From the NCBI RefSeq assembly GCF_006345805.1, contig NC_043001.1, forward strand, positions 104,222,001 through 104,286,000: a DNA stretch of 64,000 nucleotides, written 5' to 3'. The DNA is from Octopus sinensis. Taxonomy: Eukaryota. Shown here piece after piece: positions 12,197-24,719 of the stretch. How positions within the stretch are numbered: the first letter of the stretch is position 1; the number at the start of each line of letters is the position of its first letter. The position numbers were made by a program, and so were the translations under genes. The notes beneath the pieces were generated by a model. It worked only from the letters and a program-made list of their open reading frames with translations. It did no database searches and was not told the DNA's origin.

Positions 12197-13876
12197 TATC
12201 TCTCTTCCTCTTCTCCCTTAAACTGTTCTGTATTCATGTGACAGTTCAACCAAAAGACAATGCATCTTGTTAGATGTGTCCCTGCATACAGGGCTCTCTG
12301 GTATGTTCAGTCCCACTGTGTGGCACCTTGGGCAAGTGTCTTCTACAATCTCAGGCTAGCCGAAGCCTTATGAGTGGATTTGATAAACAGAAACTGAAAA
12401 ATGCACATTGTGTGTCTGTGTTTGCTCTCTCCCACTTGGACAACCAGTGTCCCCTTAACTTAGCAGTTCACCAAAAGATGAATAAGTACCAGGTTTTAAA
12501 AACAAATTACTGGGGTTGATTTCAGCATGGCCACAGTCTAATGACTGAAACAAGTAAAAAGAAAAACATGATAAATCTAAGAAGCAACAGGAAGGATATT
12601 CAATTGTAAAACACTTCCTTAGAAAAAACTGTCCAACCCATGCCAGCATGGGAAAGCAGATGTAGAAACGATATGTTACGTATAGCTTACATTACAACTC
12701 GTTATCTGAGGAGACCGGTCCTTACATCTTACATCTGACCATGTTGTGAGAAGGTCAAGTATGCCTGTCTTGTAACAGAAAAGCTGGTTTGGGGGGTAGC
12801 TCAAGAGGAAAATAATAAAGCATTTATTGGTATCCTGCCATCTGAGAGTATCCGTGTCTAAAGGATATTGTATCACTGTAAAGCAACAGAATAAACAACC
12901 ATCTTGATTTTTACCATTTGGTGGGAGTATGAAGAGGTTGTTGCTATTTTTTCCAGCTGACCATGGGGGAAAAGCATTGCTGCTATTTTCAGTGATTGTC
13001 CTTTGACTCTTGTTAATTGCAAAACTGGAAGTCTCTTGAATCCAAAGGACATGTCTGCTGGAATTAGTGGAATTTTTTGGAATAAACACATTTTATCACT
13101 TTTCTAATTTTTTTTTTTTTTTGTCCAGTGAGGATTGTTGCTTCCAAAAGATCATCATCGTTTAACATTCGTTTTCCATGATAGCATGGGTTGGATGGTT
13201 CGACCGGGGTCTGGGAAGCCTGGAGGCTGCACCAGGCTCCAGTCTGATTTGGCAGTGTTTCTACAGCTGGATGCCCTTCCTAACGCAAACCACTCCATGA
13301 GTGTAGTGGGTGCTTTTTACGTGCCACCGGCACAGGTGCCAGGGAAGGCTGGCAGCGGCCACGATTGGTTGGTGCTTTTTACATGGCACCGGCACGGAAG
13401 CCAGTCAAGGTGGCACTGGCATCGGCCAGTGAATGCATTTGCTTGATAGTCTTGTTCCCTTACACAGCTTTGGAGGATCCAGATTTCTCAAAAGCATGAT
13501 TGGTACCCCTTTCTTTGTCAGAAGGCAGTCCAGGAGGATCCAAAGAGTTAAACTGTGTTTGTCCCACCACTGCCTGATATCTGGTGTTGGTGTGTTTACA
13601 TTCACATGTCTTGGCTGTTTTGGTAAAAGAGACCAATACAGAAAGTAGCAAGCATAAAAGAAAGAACTGGTGTTGATTTGTTCGATTAAAATTCTTCAAG
13701 GCAATGCTCCAGTGTGGCCACAGTTTGATACTGAAAAGATAAATGAGCCCCTAAATTGCTTATTAAAACTTTAAGCTAAGGGAGGTAACTCTTGTTCACC
13801 CTCTCAGTAATACGATGGCTGTTGCTTTATTTGCTAGAAATAGCAACCCAAATGAAGAACAGATTTTCATTCCCAG

Positions 13877-13897
13877 GATTATCCTGATTCCAAAAAG
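13877..13897 (+). CDS. Candidate 21-nt microexon of the E3 ligase gene (DYPDSKK)
   Basis: ttttcattcccag|GATTATCCTGATTCCAAAAAG|gtataa, phase 0-0 in the intron 3389-17801. Moderate splice signals only. Confidence 0.3.
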
Positions 13898-14129
13898 GTA
13901 TAATGCGTCTGTGTAGAGAAAATGTAGACTGAGATTCAGACAAAATTTCGCTTCTATTCATGTAGATTACTATATTCACTTGAGCTTGGCTGATAATCCA
14001 AAGAACTGAAAAATGTATGGAACCTAAAATTTTGTATTTTCTGAAAAAAAAAATTTTCTCAAAATGGTGTAATTTACATAATTACTAAAAAAGAAATAAT
14101 TTGGCATTTTCTGTTCAATGTTGCTGTAC

Positions 14130-15845
14130 ATCATCATTAACGTCCATTGTCCATGCTAGCATTTGATGAGGGCTGTTGAGCTGGAAGGCTGCACCAGAGT
14201 CCAGTCTGATTTAGCATGGTTTCTATGGCTGGATGCCCTTCCTAATGCCAACCACTCAGAATGTGTAATGGGTGTTTTTACATTCCACCAGCACGGGTAC
14301 CATTTATGTGACACCAGTATCTACCACGACTGATTTTTCTCAGCTTGATGAGTCTTCTTCTCAAGCATGACATAATGCCAAAGGTCTTCGTTATTGCCTC
14401 TGTGAGGCCCAACACTCGAAAGGGACTCAGCTGCTTTGCCTCCCTGAGGCCCAACACTCGAAAGGGACTCAGCTGCTTTGCCTCCCTGAGACCCAACACT
14501 TGAAAGGTACTCTTTACATACCACTGGCATAGGTGCCACTTACGTGACGCCAGCATCAGCCATGACTGATTTCACTTGACTTGATGGGTCTTCTCAAGCA
14601 CAGCATATCGCCAAAGGTCTCGGTCACTAGTCGTTGCCTCCGTGAGGCTTAAAGTTCAAAGATCATGCTTTGTCGCATCTTCCTGGGTCTACCTCTACCA
14701 CAGCTTCCCTCCACAGAGATCAGCACTTCTTTACACAGCTGTCCTTGTCATTACATGACCATACCAGTGCAGTCGTCTCTTACCACATCTGATGCCTCTT
14801 AGGCATAACTTTTCTCTCAAGATGCTTACTGTTGAACATGCACACTGACATTGCACATACACCAAAGCTTCATTTCTTTGAAACCTACACATATCCTCGG
14901 CTGTCACAGCCTATGTTTCACTACCATGTAGCATAGCTGTTAGCACACAGACATCATACAATCTACCTTTCACTCTGAGAGAGGCCCTTTGTTGCATGTG
15001 TCCAAAGCATGTATCTTGGGGAGTTTCTACAGATCAAGAAGGGATTTATGATTTGTCTGCCTTCCTACTTACTCAGACTTTGGTTTTTGCTAGGTTAACT
15101 CTAAGGCCCTTCAATTCTAGACCTTGCTTCCATACCTGAAACTTCTCAAGTTCTGGTAGTGATTCATCAATAAGATCAAGGCCATCAGTATAAAGGAGCT
15201 CCCAGGGGCAGCCTGTCTTGAATTCTTCCACTATTGTCTGAAGGACTCTGATGAACAAGGGGCTGAGCACTGATCCTTTGTGAACCCCTACCTGTACCCT
15301 GAATTCTTTGCTGTGCTCATTGCCAACCCTCACCTAACTGGTAGCATCCCTGTACATGGCTTATGCAGCTCTCACCAACCTCTCATCTATCCCTGGTTTC
15401 CGCATTGACCACCAGATAAGGGATCAGGGAATGGACTCTGTCAAAGCTTTCTCCAAATCAACAAAGGCCAAGTACAGAGGTTTGTCTTTGGCTATGTATT
15501 TCTCCTGCAGCTGCCTTACCAGAAATATAACATCAGTGGTGCTTCTTCCTGGTATAAAACCAAACTGCATCTCATCTAGGCTAGCTCCCTAATTAGTTGG
15601 GCTACAACTCTCTCCGTACCTTTCATCACCTAATCCAACAATTTGATACCTCTGTAATTATTTCTATCTAAAGTATCACCTTTACCTTTGTAGCAGTTGA
15701 CTATTATGCTGCTATACCAGTCATTGGGTATGACTCCTTGGTAAACCACCTGATTTACAATACAGGTGACTAGACCATAACCCATACTGCCAGATATTTT
15801 ATGCATCTCAAGAGTGATTCCTGCAGAAGAATATCATAAAAGTGG
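14130..15845 (-). mobile_element. 5'-truncated RTE-clade LINE (RT, C-terminus and 3'UTR)
   Basis: DEMQFGFIPGRSTTDVIF, AFVDLEKAFDRVP, VQVGVHKGSVLSPL, CPWELLYTDG and GLRVNLAKTKV motifs. Contains an in-frame 42-bp tandem duplication at 14403-14505. Confidence 0.92.
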
Positions 15846-16117
15846 TCCGTCTGTTCATTTGGTAGGCCTGTTTGTGGGGCATAAGACGGAAATAATTATC
15901 GCTATACTATTCTGCAAGACTAGCCTGAGCTTAAGCACTCTATTGCACACTGACTACTTCTATGACATTATCCACTCATTTTTCAGCAAGAAGTTTAGTT
16001 TTTCTAAGTCAGAAATAGTAACATAGCCTATGAGATTCACCTTGAAAAGATGTGCTCCTATGAAAAATCTTAGCAACCTAGGCAGAAAATTGACAACTAG
16101 AAACTTACATTCTCTTT

Positions 16118-16607
16118 ATAATAATAATAATAATAATAATTGTGTACAGTGCTCAGGTGCACTACAACTCATCTAAAGTGTATATATAATCAGGTGTAGT
16201 TTCGGCGGATTTCGGAAAGCATGAGGGCCTTAAAAGATGCAGTGTCATGGCAGTCAACAACTGACGCAGGCAGTTTATTCCATGCTTCAGCAACTCTGAG
16301 CGTGAAAAAATGTTTCCGAAAGTCATGGGAGCTGTATTGTTTTCTGACTTTGTAGGCATGTCCACGTGTGTTAGACACATGGAGATCAAAAAGGTGTTCA
16401 GTGTTGTTGTTGGTGAGGTGGTTGATAACTTTGTGGGTGTTTACCAAGTCCGTCGCCAAACGCCGGAGCTTCAGTGAATCCATGCCCAGGGAAACAAGGC
16501 GCTCAGAATATGGTAGGTGTCTGATGGAGGGTATGCGTTTGGTTGCACGTCTCTGGACAGATTCCAGGGGGTCAATGTTCTGTGCAAGATAGGGGCTACC
16601 CAAAAGA
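16118..16607 (-). mobile_element. CR1-type LINE 3' end with (ATT)n tail
   Basis: LESVQRRATKRI, YSERLVSLGMDSLKLRR, TRGHAYK and FFTLRVAEAWNKLP motifs typical of the CR1 ORF2 C-terminus. Trinucleotide tail at 16118-16140. Confidence 0.92.
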
Positions 16608-16639
16608 AACCAGAATTTTGCAATATTATTGGATGCACT

Positions 16640-16776
16640 TAGTTTTTACATATTTACACTTTTATTGCCTTCAAAGTAGTCTCCATTTGAAGCAATGCAT
16701 CACTCCAGATGAGGTTTCCATTGTTGGAAGCAGTCTTGGAATTCTTGTGAAACGAGGCCTTTTAACACCTCTGTCG

Positions 16777-16807
<31 letters not shown>

Positions 16808-17230
16808 ATCACCAGTGATGACCTTCGAAAAAAGGTCCAGAGCAACTCCTGTTCTTTCAGTTCACAACATGCATTCAGTCATGACTTTTTGATCTTCCAT
16901 GAGCAAAAATGGGCACAAATTTTGCTGCAACTCTTTTCATTCACAAATCCTTGCTCAAAATTCATTGGTAAGAGCTCCAGGACATACCAGTCATATCAAC
17001 CAGTTTGATCCAAGATAATTTCATAAATTTTCTTGATGCTTTCATTCGTTTGAGAGGTCACCAATCACCCTGAATAAGGTTGGTCCCCCAAATGATCATT
17101 CCTAAAGTGTGGAAACCACTCGTAAACTTGTTTTGCTATGGCACTGGCCTGAGCATGACAACTGTTTCATCTGCTGTTTTTCCCAGCAGAAAATAATTTC
17201 ATGGAAGCACAGTGTTCCTTCATTTCAGCC
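16640..17230 (-). mobile_element. Decayed mariner with central deletion
   Basis: Minus strand gives FLLGKTADETVVML, ...LLMEDQK, LFSKVITG and C-terminal CIASNGDYFEG. Confidence 0.75.
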
Positions 17231-17801
17231 ATAGTAAAAATCAAGACACACCACCTGTGGCAGTGAGGTCAGTAGACTGATGCCTGAGGATCGCATCAAG
17301 TAGCTCCTAGCAGTGGAACCCTGAACTTCAATGGGTTTGTCCCAAAGAAAACGTTTACAGTACCCCCTTCGTATGATATCACATTCTTTTATTAATTTAA
17401 GATAGTAGGATCTTGAGAAATTTTGCTGCCATTTCTTGCAAGTCAAATGATCCTATAGTAGTTCCTTTGTTGTAAAAACTACCCCACATATATTGACAGC
17501 AGTTGCTAGGCAACTCTCTCCCTCCTCTGGATAATGTAAGTACAAATAAACTAAAACTCGAACCCTTCCTCTCTCTCCATCCATTTCACTTCTATAACAA
17601 CTCCACCTGTAGATGCAGGTCAGCAGACTGATGCTGAAGGGTCCCATCAAGTAACTTCTAGCAGCAGCAGAAGCCTGAACTACAAGGGGTTTGTTTTTCC
17701 ATCAGAAAATGTTCTCTCAAGTCTGAATGAAACCTTTGTCACAAACCAGTCTGTCTATTGCCCAATAAGCTGATATGGAAAAAATCCTTTCTATTTTAAA
17801 G

Positions 17802-17897
17802 GTGGTAAACACTGATAGCCAATGTGCCTTATGTGTTGAAGACTTGAAGTTGAAAGCTCAGAAACAGCTGGACTGTGGCCATAATTTCCATGAGGAG
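17802..17897 (+). CDS. RING-H2 first half (VVNTDSQCALCVEDLKLKAQKQLDCGHNFHEE)
   Basis: ttttaaag|GTG acceptor, GAG|gtaaga donor, 96 nt, phase 0-0. Contains C-x2-C-x13-C-x-H-x2-H. Too short for the ORF track. Confidence 0.9.
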
Positions 17898-19664
17898 GTA
17901 AGAATGTTATATTAATTGCAAGTTTAATGATTTAAATGTTAAGGTTGAAGTTTACAGTAATGGTAAAGTTTATTTGCCAATAGAATGTGGCAGTCCTACA
18001 CAGGACAATGTTACTGCTGTTAAGCCCCAGGAAAACCTCTTTTCCAGCTGGCTACCAACACAAAGTTTATCACTCTCATCTCTAGCCCTTGTGATACTCA
18101 CAGGTTCGCTATCTTTGATCATTATTCCAACTCTTTAGAATAATTCTTCTTTTAATTGTTTAGGTGCAGGCATGGCAGTGTGGTTAGGAAGTTTGCTTCC
18201 CAGCCACATAGTTCCAGGTTCAGTTCCACTGCATAGCATCTTGGACAAGTGTCTTCTACTATAGCCTTTGCCTATAGTAGAAGAAATCTGTTTCCATGCT
18301 CAGAATTGAAGCCTAGAATAAATGAGCATCAATCATTAGCTGCCAGGACACTACAGCTTTCAAATCTTCCATGCTTCTCAAAATTCATCAACCATACAAC
18401 TCATTCCACACACACCTTTTTGCATTTTCTCTGCATTATTTTATATACATGCACTTTTGGCCAAGTTTTTTCTTTTTTCTTGATTAGTTGTAGTTCACCT
18501 GAGAACTGTACAATAATTTATTATTATTAAGGTGGCCAGCCGACTGAACCGTTAGCAAGCTGGACAAAATGCTTAGCATTTCACCCATCACTACATTCTG
18601 AGTTCAAATTCCACTGAGGTCAACTTTGCCTTTCATCCTTTCAGGGTCAATAAAGCAAGTACCAGTTGAACATTGGGGGTCACTGGAATTGACTCATCCC
18701 CTCCCCAAAATGGCTACCCTTGTGGTAAAATTTGAAACCATTATTATTAAGGCAGCAGTGAGCTGGTTGAATTGTTAGCACACTAGATGAAATGCTTAGT
18801 GGTATTTCACCCATTGCTATGGACTATGTTCTGAGTTCAAATTCTGCCAAGATCAACTTTGCCTTTCATCCTTTCGGGGAGCACTGGGGTTGATGTAATT
18901 GACTTGCCCCTTCCCCCAAAATTTCAGGCCATGTGACCATAGTAGAAAGGGTTATTAAGTTGAAGCCAGATTCAACTAAAACCAAACTGGAGTCCAAGTG
19001 GTTTAATTTTTTCTCTAAAGCCAGGCTTTGCTCAAAATAGCAGTCATTTCAATGGCATAGAGACGTTGCAATTTTGTAAATGTTAACCAGTCTCAGTGAG
19101 CAGAAAGAATCAACGTTTCAAGACAGTGAAACAGAAAAGGCAATGCTTGCTGCCATTTCTGAATTAGAAATGTTAATGCTATGCAAAGCTGCATTTAATT
19201 AGGACTTTGTGGATAGCATTTTAATTGAGGTGTTCAAGTGCTTAAGACACAGCTGGAAATTCATAATAATCCTCTTAAAATTCCGTCTTGGTTTTTAACT
19301 GGTGCCAAGCTTCAGTTAATATCTGGAAGAGATGGTAGCTAAACAATTCCATTTTGACAAATGACCTTTAATGAACAAGTGGCTATAGAAAAAGTGATCA
19401 GAAATGAATGGCTTATGGTTTATTCCACAAAGACAATTCTACATTTTACCACACATTTACAAAAAGGTTCTTAAATGTACAGAATGAATCTCAAAACAAC
19501 CGTAATTACCAACTTGCTGTATTGTTTCAAATGCAACAATAAATGGAGGTTGTGGCTGATTTACTAAACTCATTCAGTAATGTGTAGAAAATTTAAAACA
19601 AATGACTAAATGCTATAAAATGAGAGGTTTGGTTAGAATAAGATTTCAATGTAACTATACTGTA

Positions 19665-19860
19665 TAGTGAGGGTGTGTGGCTTTGTGGCTAGGCATGTTG
19701 CACTCACAATGCTGAGATCATGGGTTCAATTTCCAGACTGGCTTCAAATTGCGTTTTTGAGTGAAATACTTTAAGTTGCTGCGGTGTTCACTTGGCTGTA
19801 AATGGGTGACCCTGCACCACCAGGCTAGCTTTCTGATCAGGGAGGAATGGCATAACAACA
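19665..19860 (+). mobile_element. Third tRNA-headed SINE-like fragment
   Basis: GTGTGGCTTTGTGG (A-box-like) and GGGTTCAATTTCC (B-box-like), followed by GTAAATGGGTGACC. Confidence 0.5.
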
Positions 19861-20544
19861 TCCAATAGTCTGATCAATCATGTTATTGTATAAGAAGAAA
19901 AATAGTTGTGCACATTTACTGGATTTTCAATAAAAATTTCACAAATGCATGGAAATGAAAAGTATCTTGTGAAAATAAAATAGCAAATCTTCACTTGTTA
20001 CGTGTATTTGAATTAGAATATCACTGTTTCATTACAAGTTAATTAAAATGTTACAGTAATATTTTTTATTTCTTTACTGCCCACAAGGGGCTACACATAG
20101 AGGGGACAAACAAGGACAAATGTATTAAGTCAACTATATCGACTCCAGTGTGTAACAGGTACTTAATTTATTGACCCTGAAAGGATGAAAGACAAAGTTG
20201 ACCTCGGTGGAATTTGAACTCAGAACGTAACGGCAGATGAAATGCTGCTAAGCATTTCGCCTGGCGTGCTAACATTTCTGCCAGCTTGCCGCCCTAACAG
20301 TAATATTCTTTGATCTCCATTACTAGATACATAAGCACCGCATCTTGCAGAATGCATTCTGGAAAGTTATTCCAATAGAATCTCTCTTTGATGCTTTTTC
20401 TTTTGCTGATATCTGAAGATAGAACTGTTTATAATGTTTGCTTATTAACTGGTTGTCTATAATACTATTAAAACTGTACATGTGTAACCAGTCACACAAC
20501 TGCATGAATGTTCTTGCGCTGTATTTTTTTGTTCTCCTTTCCAG

Positions 20545-20637
20545 TGTATCATGGCTTGGGTGCATCGGCATGAAAGATCTTGTCCAACTTGTGGACAGTT
20601 GGTATTGTTTCCTGAAGAATTTCCTAAACTTTCTTGA
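20545..20637 (+). CDS. RING-H2 second half and stop (CIMAWVHRHERSCPTCGQLVLFPEEFPKLS*)
   Basis: ttctcctttccag|TGT acceptor. Completes C-x11-C-x2-C. The C-terminal LFPEEFP resembles the DZIP3 LLPEEFP tail. TGA at 20635-20637. Confidence 0.9.
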   Translation, partial: CIMAWVHRHERSCPTCGQLVLFPEEFPKLS

Positions 20638-21495
20638 GTTTGTTTTGTAAGCTGTTCTCTGCTTGTGGGCAGACTTTACTTTCACATTAATTTAGACGCT
20701 TTATCTTGTTCCTACTTTAAAACGGTATTACTCCTGTTGAGTACGATATCTTAACACCAGAACTCGCTTGCTCCCTTTTGCTATCCCTGTTTCACTATCT
20801 TCGACAGTTATTACTCGAGCTGAAACTGTTGCATTATTAGCAACTTAATATAAGACTGATTCTTGGTAGTCTTAATTTTCGATTTATAATTCCATTTAAG
20901 CGTTTTGTTTTTTGGGCTTTTTTTTCTCTCTCAGCCGAAAGACGAGAGCCCCACTGCCTGTACTTGTTATTTCTCAAACGTTTTCTCTTTATCATTGCCA
21001 TTTTCCAATGATAGTTAAGCTTTCAGCTAAAGGTTGGCTGAATGTAGTTATCGTAAAGTTTTGGTTAGCTACCAACTAGATATTAAAATACGTATGGGGT
21101 TATCAGTTTGGTTTTCAGAGAAGTTTTACACGACTTCTCTAAAAGTTATAAAAATTCAATGTCTTTCAAAATTCATTTGAATTAAGACAACTGATTTTAG
21201 AACTAGTCAATAAATCTGGCTAGAGGAGTCTCTCCAAGGTATATACATCCTGTACTCGTCTCGGATTATTTACACCTGATTACATTTTCATTAAATTTGA
21301 TGAGCCGTGTTGTTAGTCGCTTTCCAAAAGTGTTAAGAAGCTAGATTTACAGGGAAGGATAGCTTTAGCTGTTCAATAATAATAATCTGAACAGTTACTA
21401 ATTTTGGGAGCATGTGATTTATATTTAATGCTTTGAAGGCAAGTATTGCCCACATTTATAAAAGCAGTTGAATCGATACATGTTTCAAAGTATTT

Positions 21496-21501
21496 AATAA
21501 A
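21496..21501 (+). terminator. Candidate poly(A) signal of the E3 ligase gene
   Basis: AATAAA followed by a U/GU-rich tract (21507-21540). A second AATAAA lies at 21209-21214. Confidence 0.5.
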
Positions 21502-21805
21502 GTTTCCTTTTAATTTCTTGTTTTGTTTTGTTTTTTTTTTATATATACTACTTGTAGTGAATAGACCATTAAGAATAATTTTCCATAATCATGACATTTT
21601 TCAGTTTTTGACTGCGAGATCCTTCATATGCAGACACTACACTATCGGTTTGTGAGTGTTTTTTTTTTATATATATATATTTCATATTGTAAACTGCTAT
21701 GCCATTTTGTAACCACTTTTTTTCTGGTCTTTTCTCTCCAAAAGTGATTATTTTTCAAAAATTCAAATTTAAAATAACACAAACTAAATTTCTGCAGCAC
21801 AAATA

Positions 21806-21811
21806 TTTATT
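21806..21811 (-). terminator. Candidate poly(A) signal of SCYL2
   Basis: AATAAA on the minus strand followed by a GU-rich element (aatttagtttgtgttatttt). Implies a 3'UTR of about 2.1 kb. Confidence 0.55.
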
Positions 21812-23858
21812 GATGCCATTAAAGTTAAAGAATTAATATTTACAAACAGGCAAGGAACATTCAGGGCACCCAACTGCAATAACTGAAAGACTGGTTTTAC
21901 AATTTCGATTAAATTTTTAACGGAACAAGAACAGAGCTCTTGTAATTTCTATAAACTGCACATTACTGGAATTGCACCTGTCAGTTTCCAAGCTAAATAT
22001 TAATAAATTCACATTTAAAATATAACCAACATTACACAAAATACTAATTTTGTGATGTCCTTTTTGTCTCAAGGTTATATTACTTGTCTGAAATAAAACC
22101 TCAGCCGACAATGTGGAAAATAATTTAGTTTATTGGAATAACCCAAGACTGCTATTTTGAAGCTGTCCTTATTAATTTATAAACTTTCAATGATTTCATC
22201 GTAGCCTTCTTATTGTACGCCAAAGTTTCAAACTTCTGCTCTGGCTTCAAACATTGAGGTTTAAAGGAAACTTCTGAGGTCGTAGCTGCTTTGTACCTCA
22301 AAAGCATCGATGTTTGACTTTAATAATTGTATTGCCTGTGTCAGACTTTTGTTAGTTTTATTGAGCAATCTATTTGCACGCAGTCTTCTTTATCCAGTTG
22401 ACAAAGGGAATAAATTAGTTTGGAATAACTTATTGGTAGGGGCTGCTGCAGTTCACGAGAGTGAAAATTCATTATAGAGGAAAGGACGCTGAACTGAGTA
22501 AATCTGTACAATGAAAATATTTCGACTGAAGATTTTGTAGTGATAAGATGGTGTCTTTAAAATGACAATTTGCACAAGGGACTGGAAACGAATTATAAAT
22601 TTTCTCAATTGCATCCTTTATAGAAAAAATATCAGATTGTTTAAGAGAAAATATTTATCACAAATTGGAACTGAGTGGAAACCTAGAGAGAAAATATGGG
22701 CTAAATGACAGGGTGATTAAATCTGATGTTTTCAGGATTAACAGTGACTGTTTTAGTTGGCTTCATTAAAATATTAAGAATCCCTCAAGTTAATTTTCAT
22801 TAGTAAAACTTAGTCCACATTAAACCCTTCTAATATCTGAAAATATTTTGAATGTTTCTTTTCATAGACATTTACAGAAAGTGACAGAAATCCTTTAGAT
22901 GACGGTCCTTTTATATCTGTTTAGGCCTAACTTGAAAGCATTCCAACTCTGCCTCCCTCCCAGCATTTAGATTTTTTTTCTTTTTAACTACGTCTAAACC
23001 AAAAATTAAAAACCATTAAAGATTTTCAGATATTTAGAATTCTCACTTTGTAAAATGGTCAATGTTTCAAATGCTACAAATGAAAGCCTAAATTTACAAA
23101 TCCTTTTGGGATAAATTTATAACTTCCAGTGTGTACAAAAGCAAAACAAGGTACTTGTGTAGATGATGGATTCAGACTGAACAAAAAAAAGTATGGAATG
23201 TAAGGAAGAACAGTTGATTGTTCATAAAGGAAATGTTTGAACAAAGAATCCTACTGGGGGGACAAGGAATACTATTATATACTGAACCATAAACTGCATA
23301 TTAAAATAGGAGTCCTGAGGTGGGCAATTAAAGACCTGTTCAGTGGAAGCCCAAACAGTAAATGGGAACTGAATAAAAATTTAAACTTTTAAGAATGGAG
23401 ACAGCTTCAACAAATGCAGGTTTTGCTGTTGTCTTGGCAACTGTTTAAAAGCTGATCCAGTTTGCTTCGAGTCAGTGGATCAGTAACAAAGCCATCATAT
23501 TAATTATTAAACAATTGGCTAAAGAGTGACTTGGGTTTGCATGGAAGGGCCATAAGTACTTTAATGAGAAAACTAATAACTTAACACTAAAGAGGTTTAA
23601 GTTGCTTTTCTTTTCAATTTTTGTAAATTGAAGTGTATGACAGTGTGGTATTGAGCTACTTATGAAATGATAATTTCTATGCACACTCAACTTAAAACCA
23701 GTTTACAGCCTTTGCTTAAAAGCCAGAAGTCATACACTTGACAATTAGCAATCATCCAGGGGAAGTGGAGCAGGGGGCAACTGCCTTTGTGCCTTAGATC
23801 AGTAGTTGGGCTGAACATCTGGTCCCCTAAAACTCACTTGGGAAATATTAATATATAC

Positions 23859-24635
23859 TCAGCCGAAAAGGTCATCCAGTTCATTTCCAGCAGAGTTTGA
23901 TGATGGGAAACCATTTTGCAGCTGCTGCTGTCCTGAATTGGCATTAGTGAACTGGTTGTGATTGACAGCAGTCATGTTTGTGTTGCCGAGTGCCATACCT
24001 TGAAAGCCAGGTGCCACCATGGGTGCACTGACTCTCATGCCTTGATTCATCATAACCTGTGGATGTGTCATCATGGCTGGTGGTTGGTTTAGCATTGTGC
24101 CAACATTGCCCCTCATTGCAATGCCTGTGCTGGAACCAGTCGGCATAAAGCCCATGGTGCCAGCTTTCATGCCACTTGTGGTTGAAGTCTTCTGAGCCAT
24201 CTGATTTAACGAGGGTTTCATTTGGGATGAAGATGGTGACAAAAGATTGTCAAAAGCTGAAAGGTCCACAGATTTGTTAGCAGCAGGCTTTGACTGGTTC
24301 AGGGGTACAATGGGGTTAGTTCTCTGCATAGGCATGCCTCCACCACCACCACCTGACAAGGAAGAAGCACCAAAGGATGAGCAAGCCATATTTGACTGAG
24401 CCATGCTCCAGGAGTTGTTTAATGGACCAGAATGTTGGAGTTGGTTTAGGTTGTTGTTGAGTAGTGTTGAGGTAAGGTCTTTGGGTTTATGGTAACTTGA
24501 GCTTTGACTACCACAATTAGCACTCTTTTCATGATCAGGGTTTGTTTTAGGGACAAGCATACTTTGTTTCTTGTAGATGCTTTGTTGTTCCTGCTCTCGT
24601 GCCAACCTCTGTTTCTCTTCCATGCTTAGACTCAC
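23859..24635 (-). CDS. SCYL2: SCYL2 terminal coding exon (VSLSMEEKQRLAREQEQ...VDLSAFDNLL...NELDDLFG*)
   Basis: Matches the vertebrate SCYL2 SLTLEEKQKLAKEQEQ segment and the C-terminal DLKDLFG end. Acceptor taacag|GTG at 24636. Confidence 0.95.
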   Translation of the reverse strand: MSLSMEEKQRLAREQEQQSIYKKQSMLVPKTNPDHEKSANCGSQSSSYHKPKDLTSTLLNNNLNQLQHSGPLNNSWSMAQSNMACSSFGASSLSGGGGGGMPMQRTNPIVPLNQSKPAANKSVDLSAFDNLLSPSSSQMKPSLNQMAQKTSTTSGMKAGTMGFMPTGSSTGIAMRGNVGTMLNQPPAMMTHPQVMMNQGMRVSAPMVAPGFQGMALGNTNMTAVNHNQFTNANSGQQQLQNGFPSSNSAGNELDDLFG

Positions 24636-24719
24636 CTGTTAAATATAAAGAAATATATTGTAATTTGCTTCTTTATTTCCTGCGGCATTATTACAAAATA
24701 TGCAGAACCTTATCTAACC

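Noticed and set aside
12676-13089. 137-aa minus-strand ORF
   Set aside because: No recognisable motif, no clear splice or start context, and a composition typical of random AT-rich ORFs.
17271-17700. Pair of ~75-bp similar segments upstream of the RING exon as a regulatory duplication
   Set aside because: They are diverged, without TIR, TSD or recognisable motifs, and are most likely fragments of an unclassified dispersed repeat.
20323-20685. 120-aa minus-strand ORF as a nested gene
   Set aside because: It is the antisense of the RING terminal exon and its flanks, with no recognisable domain or splice context.
21602-21655. SFICRHY segment as the second half of the RING
   Set aside because: It lacks the C-I-x-x-W and C-P-x-C pattern. 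The true exon is 20545-20637.
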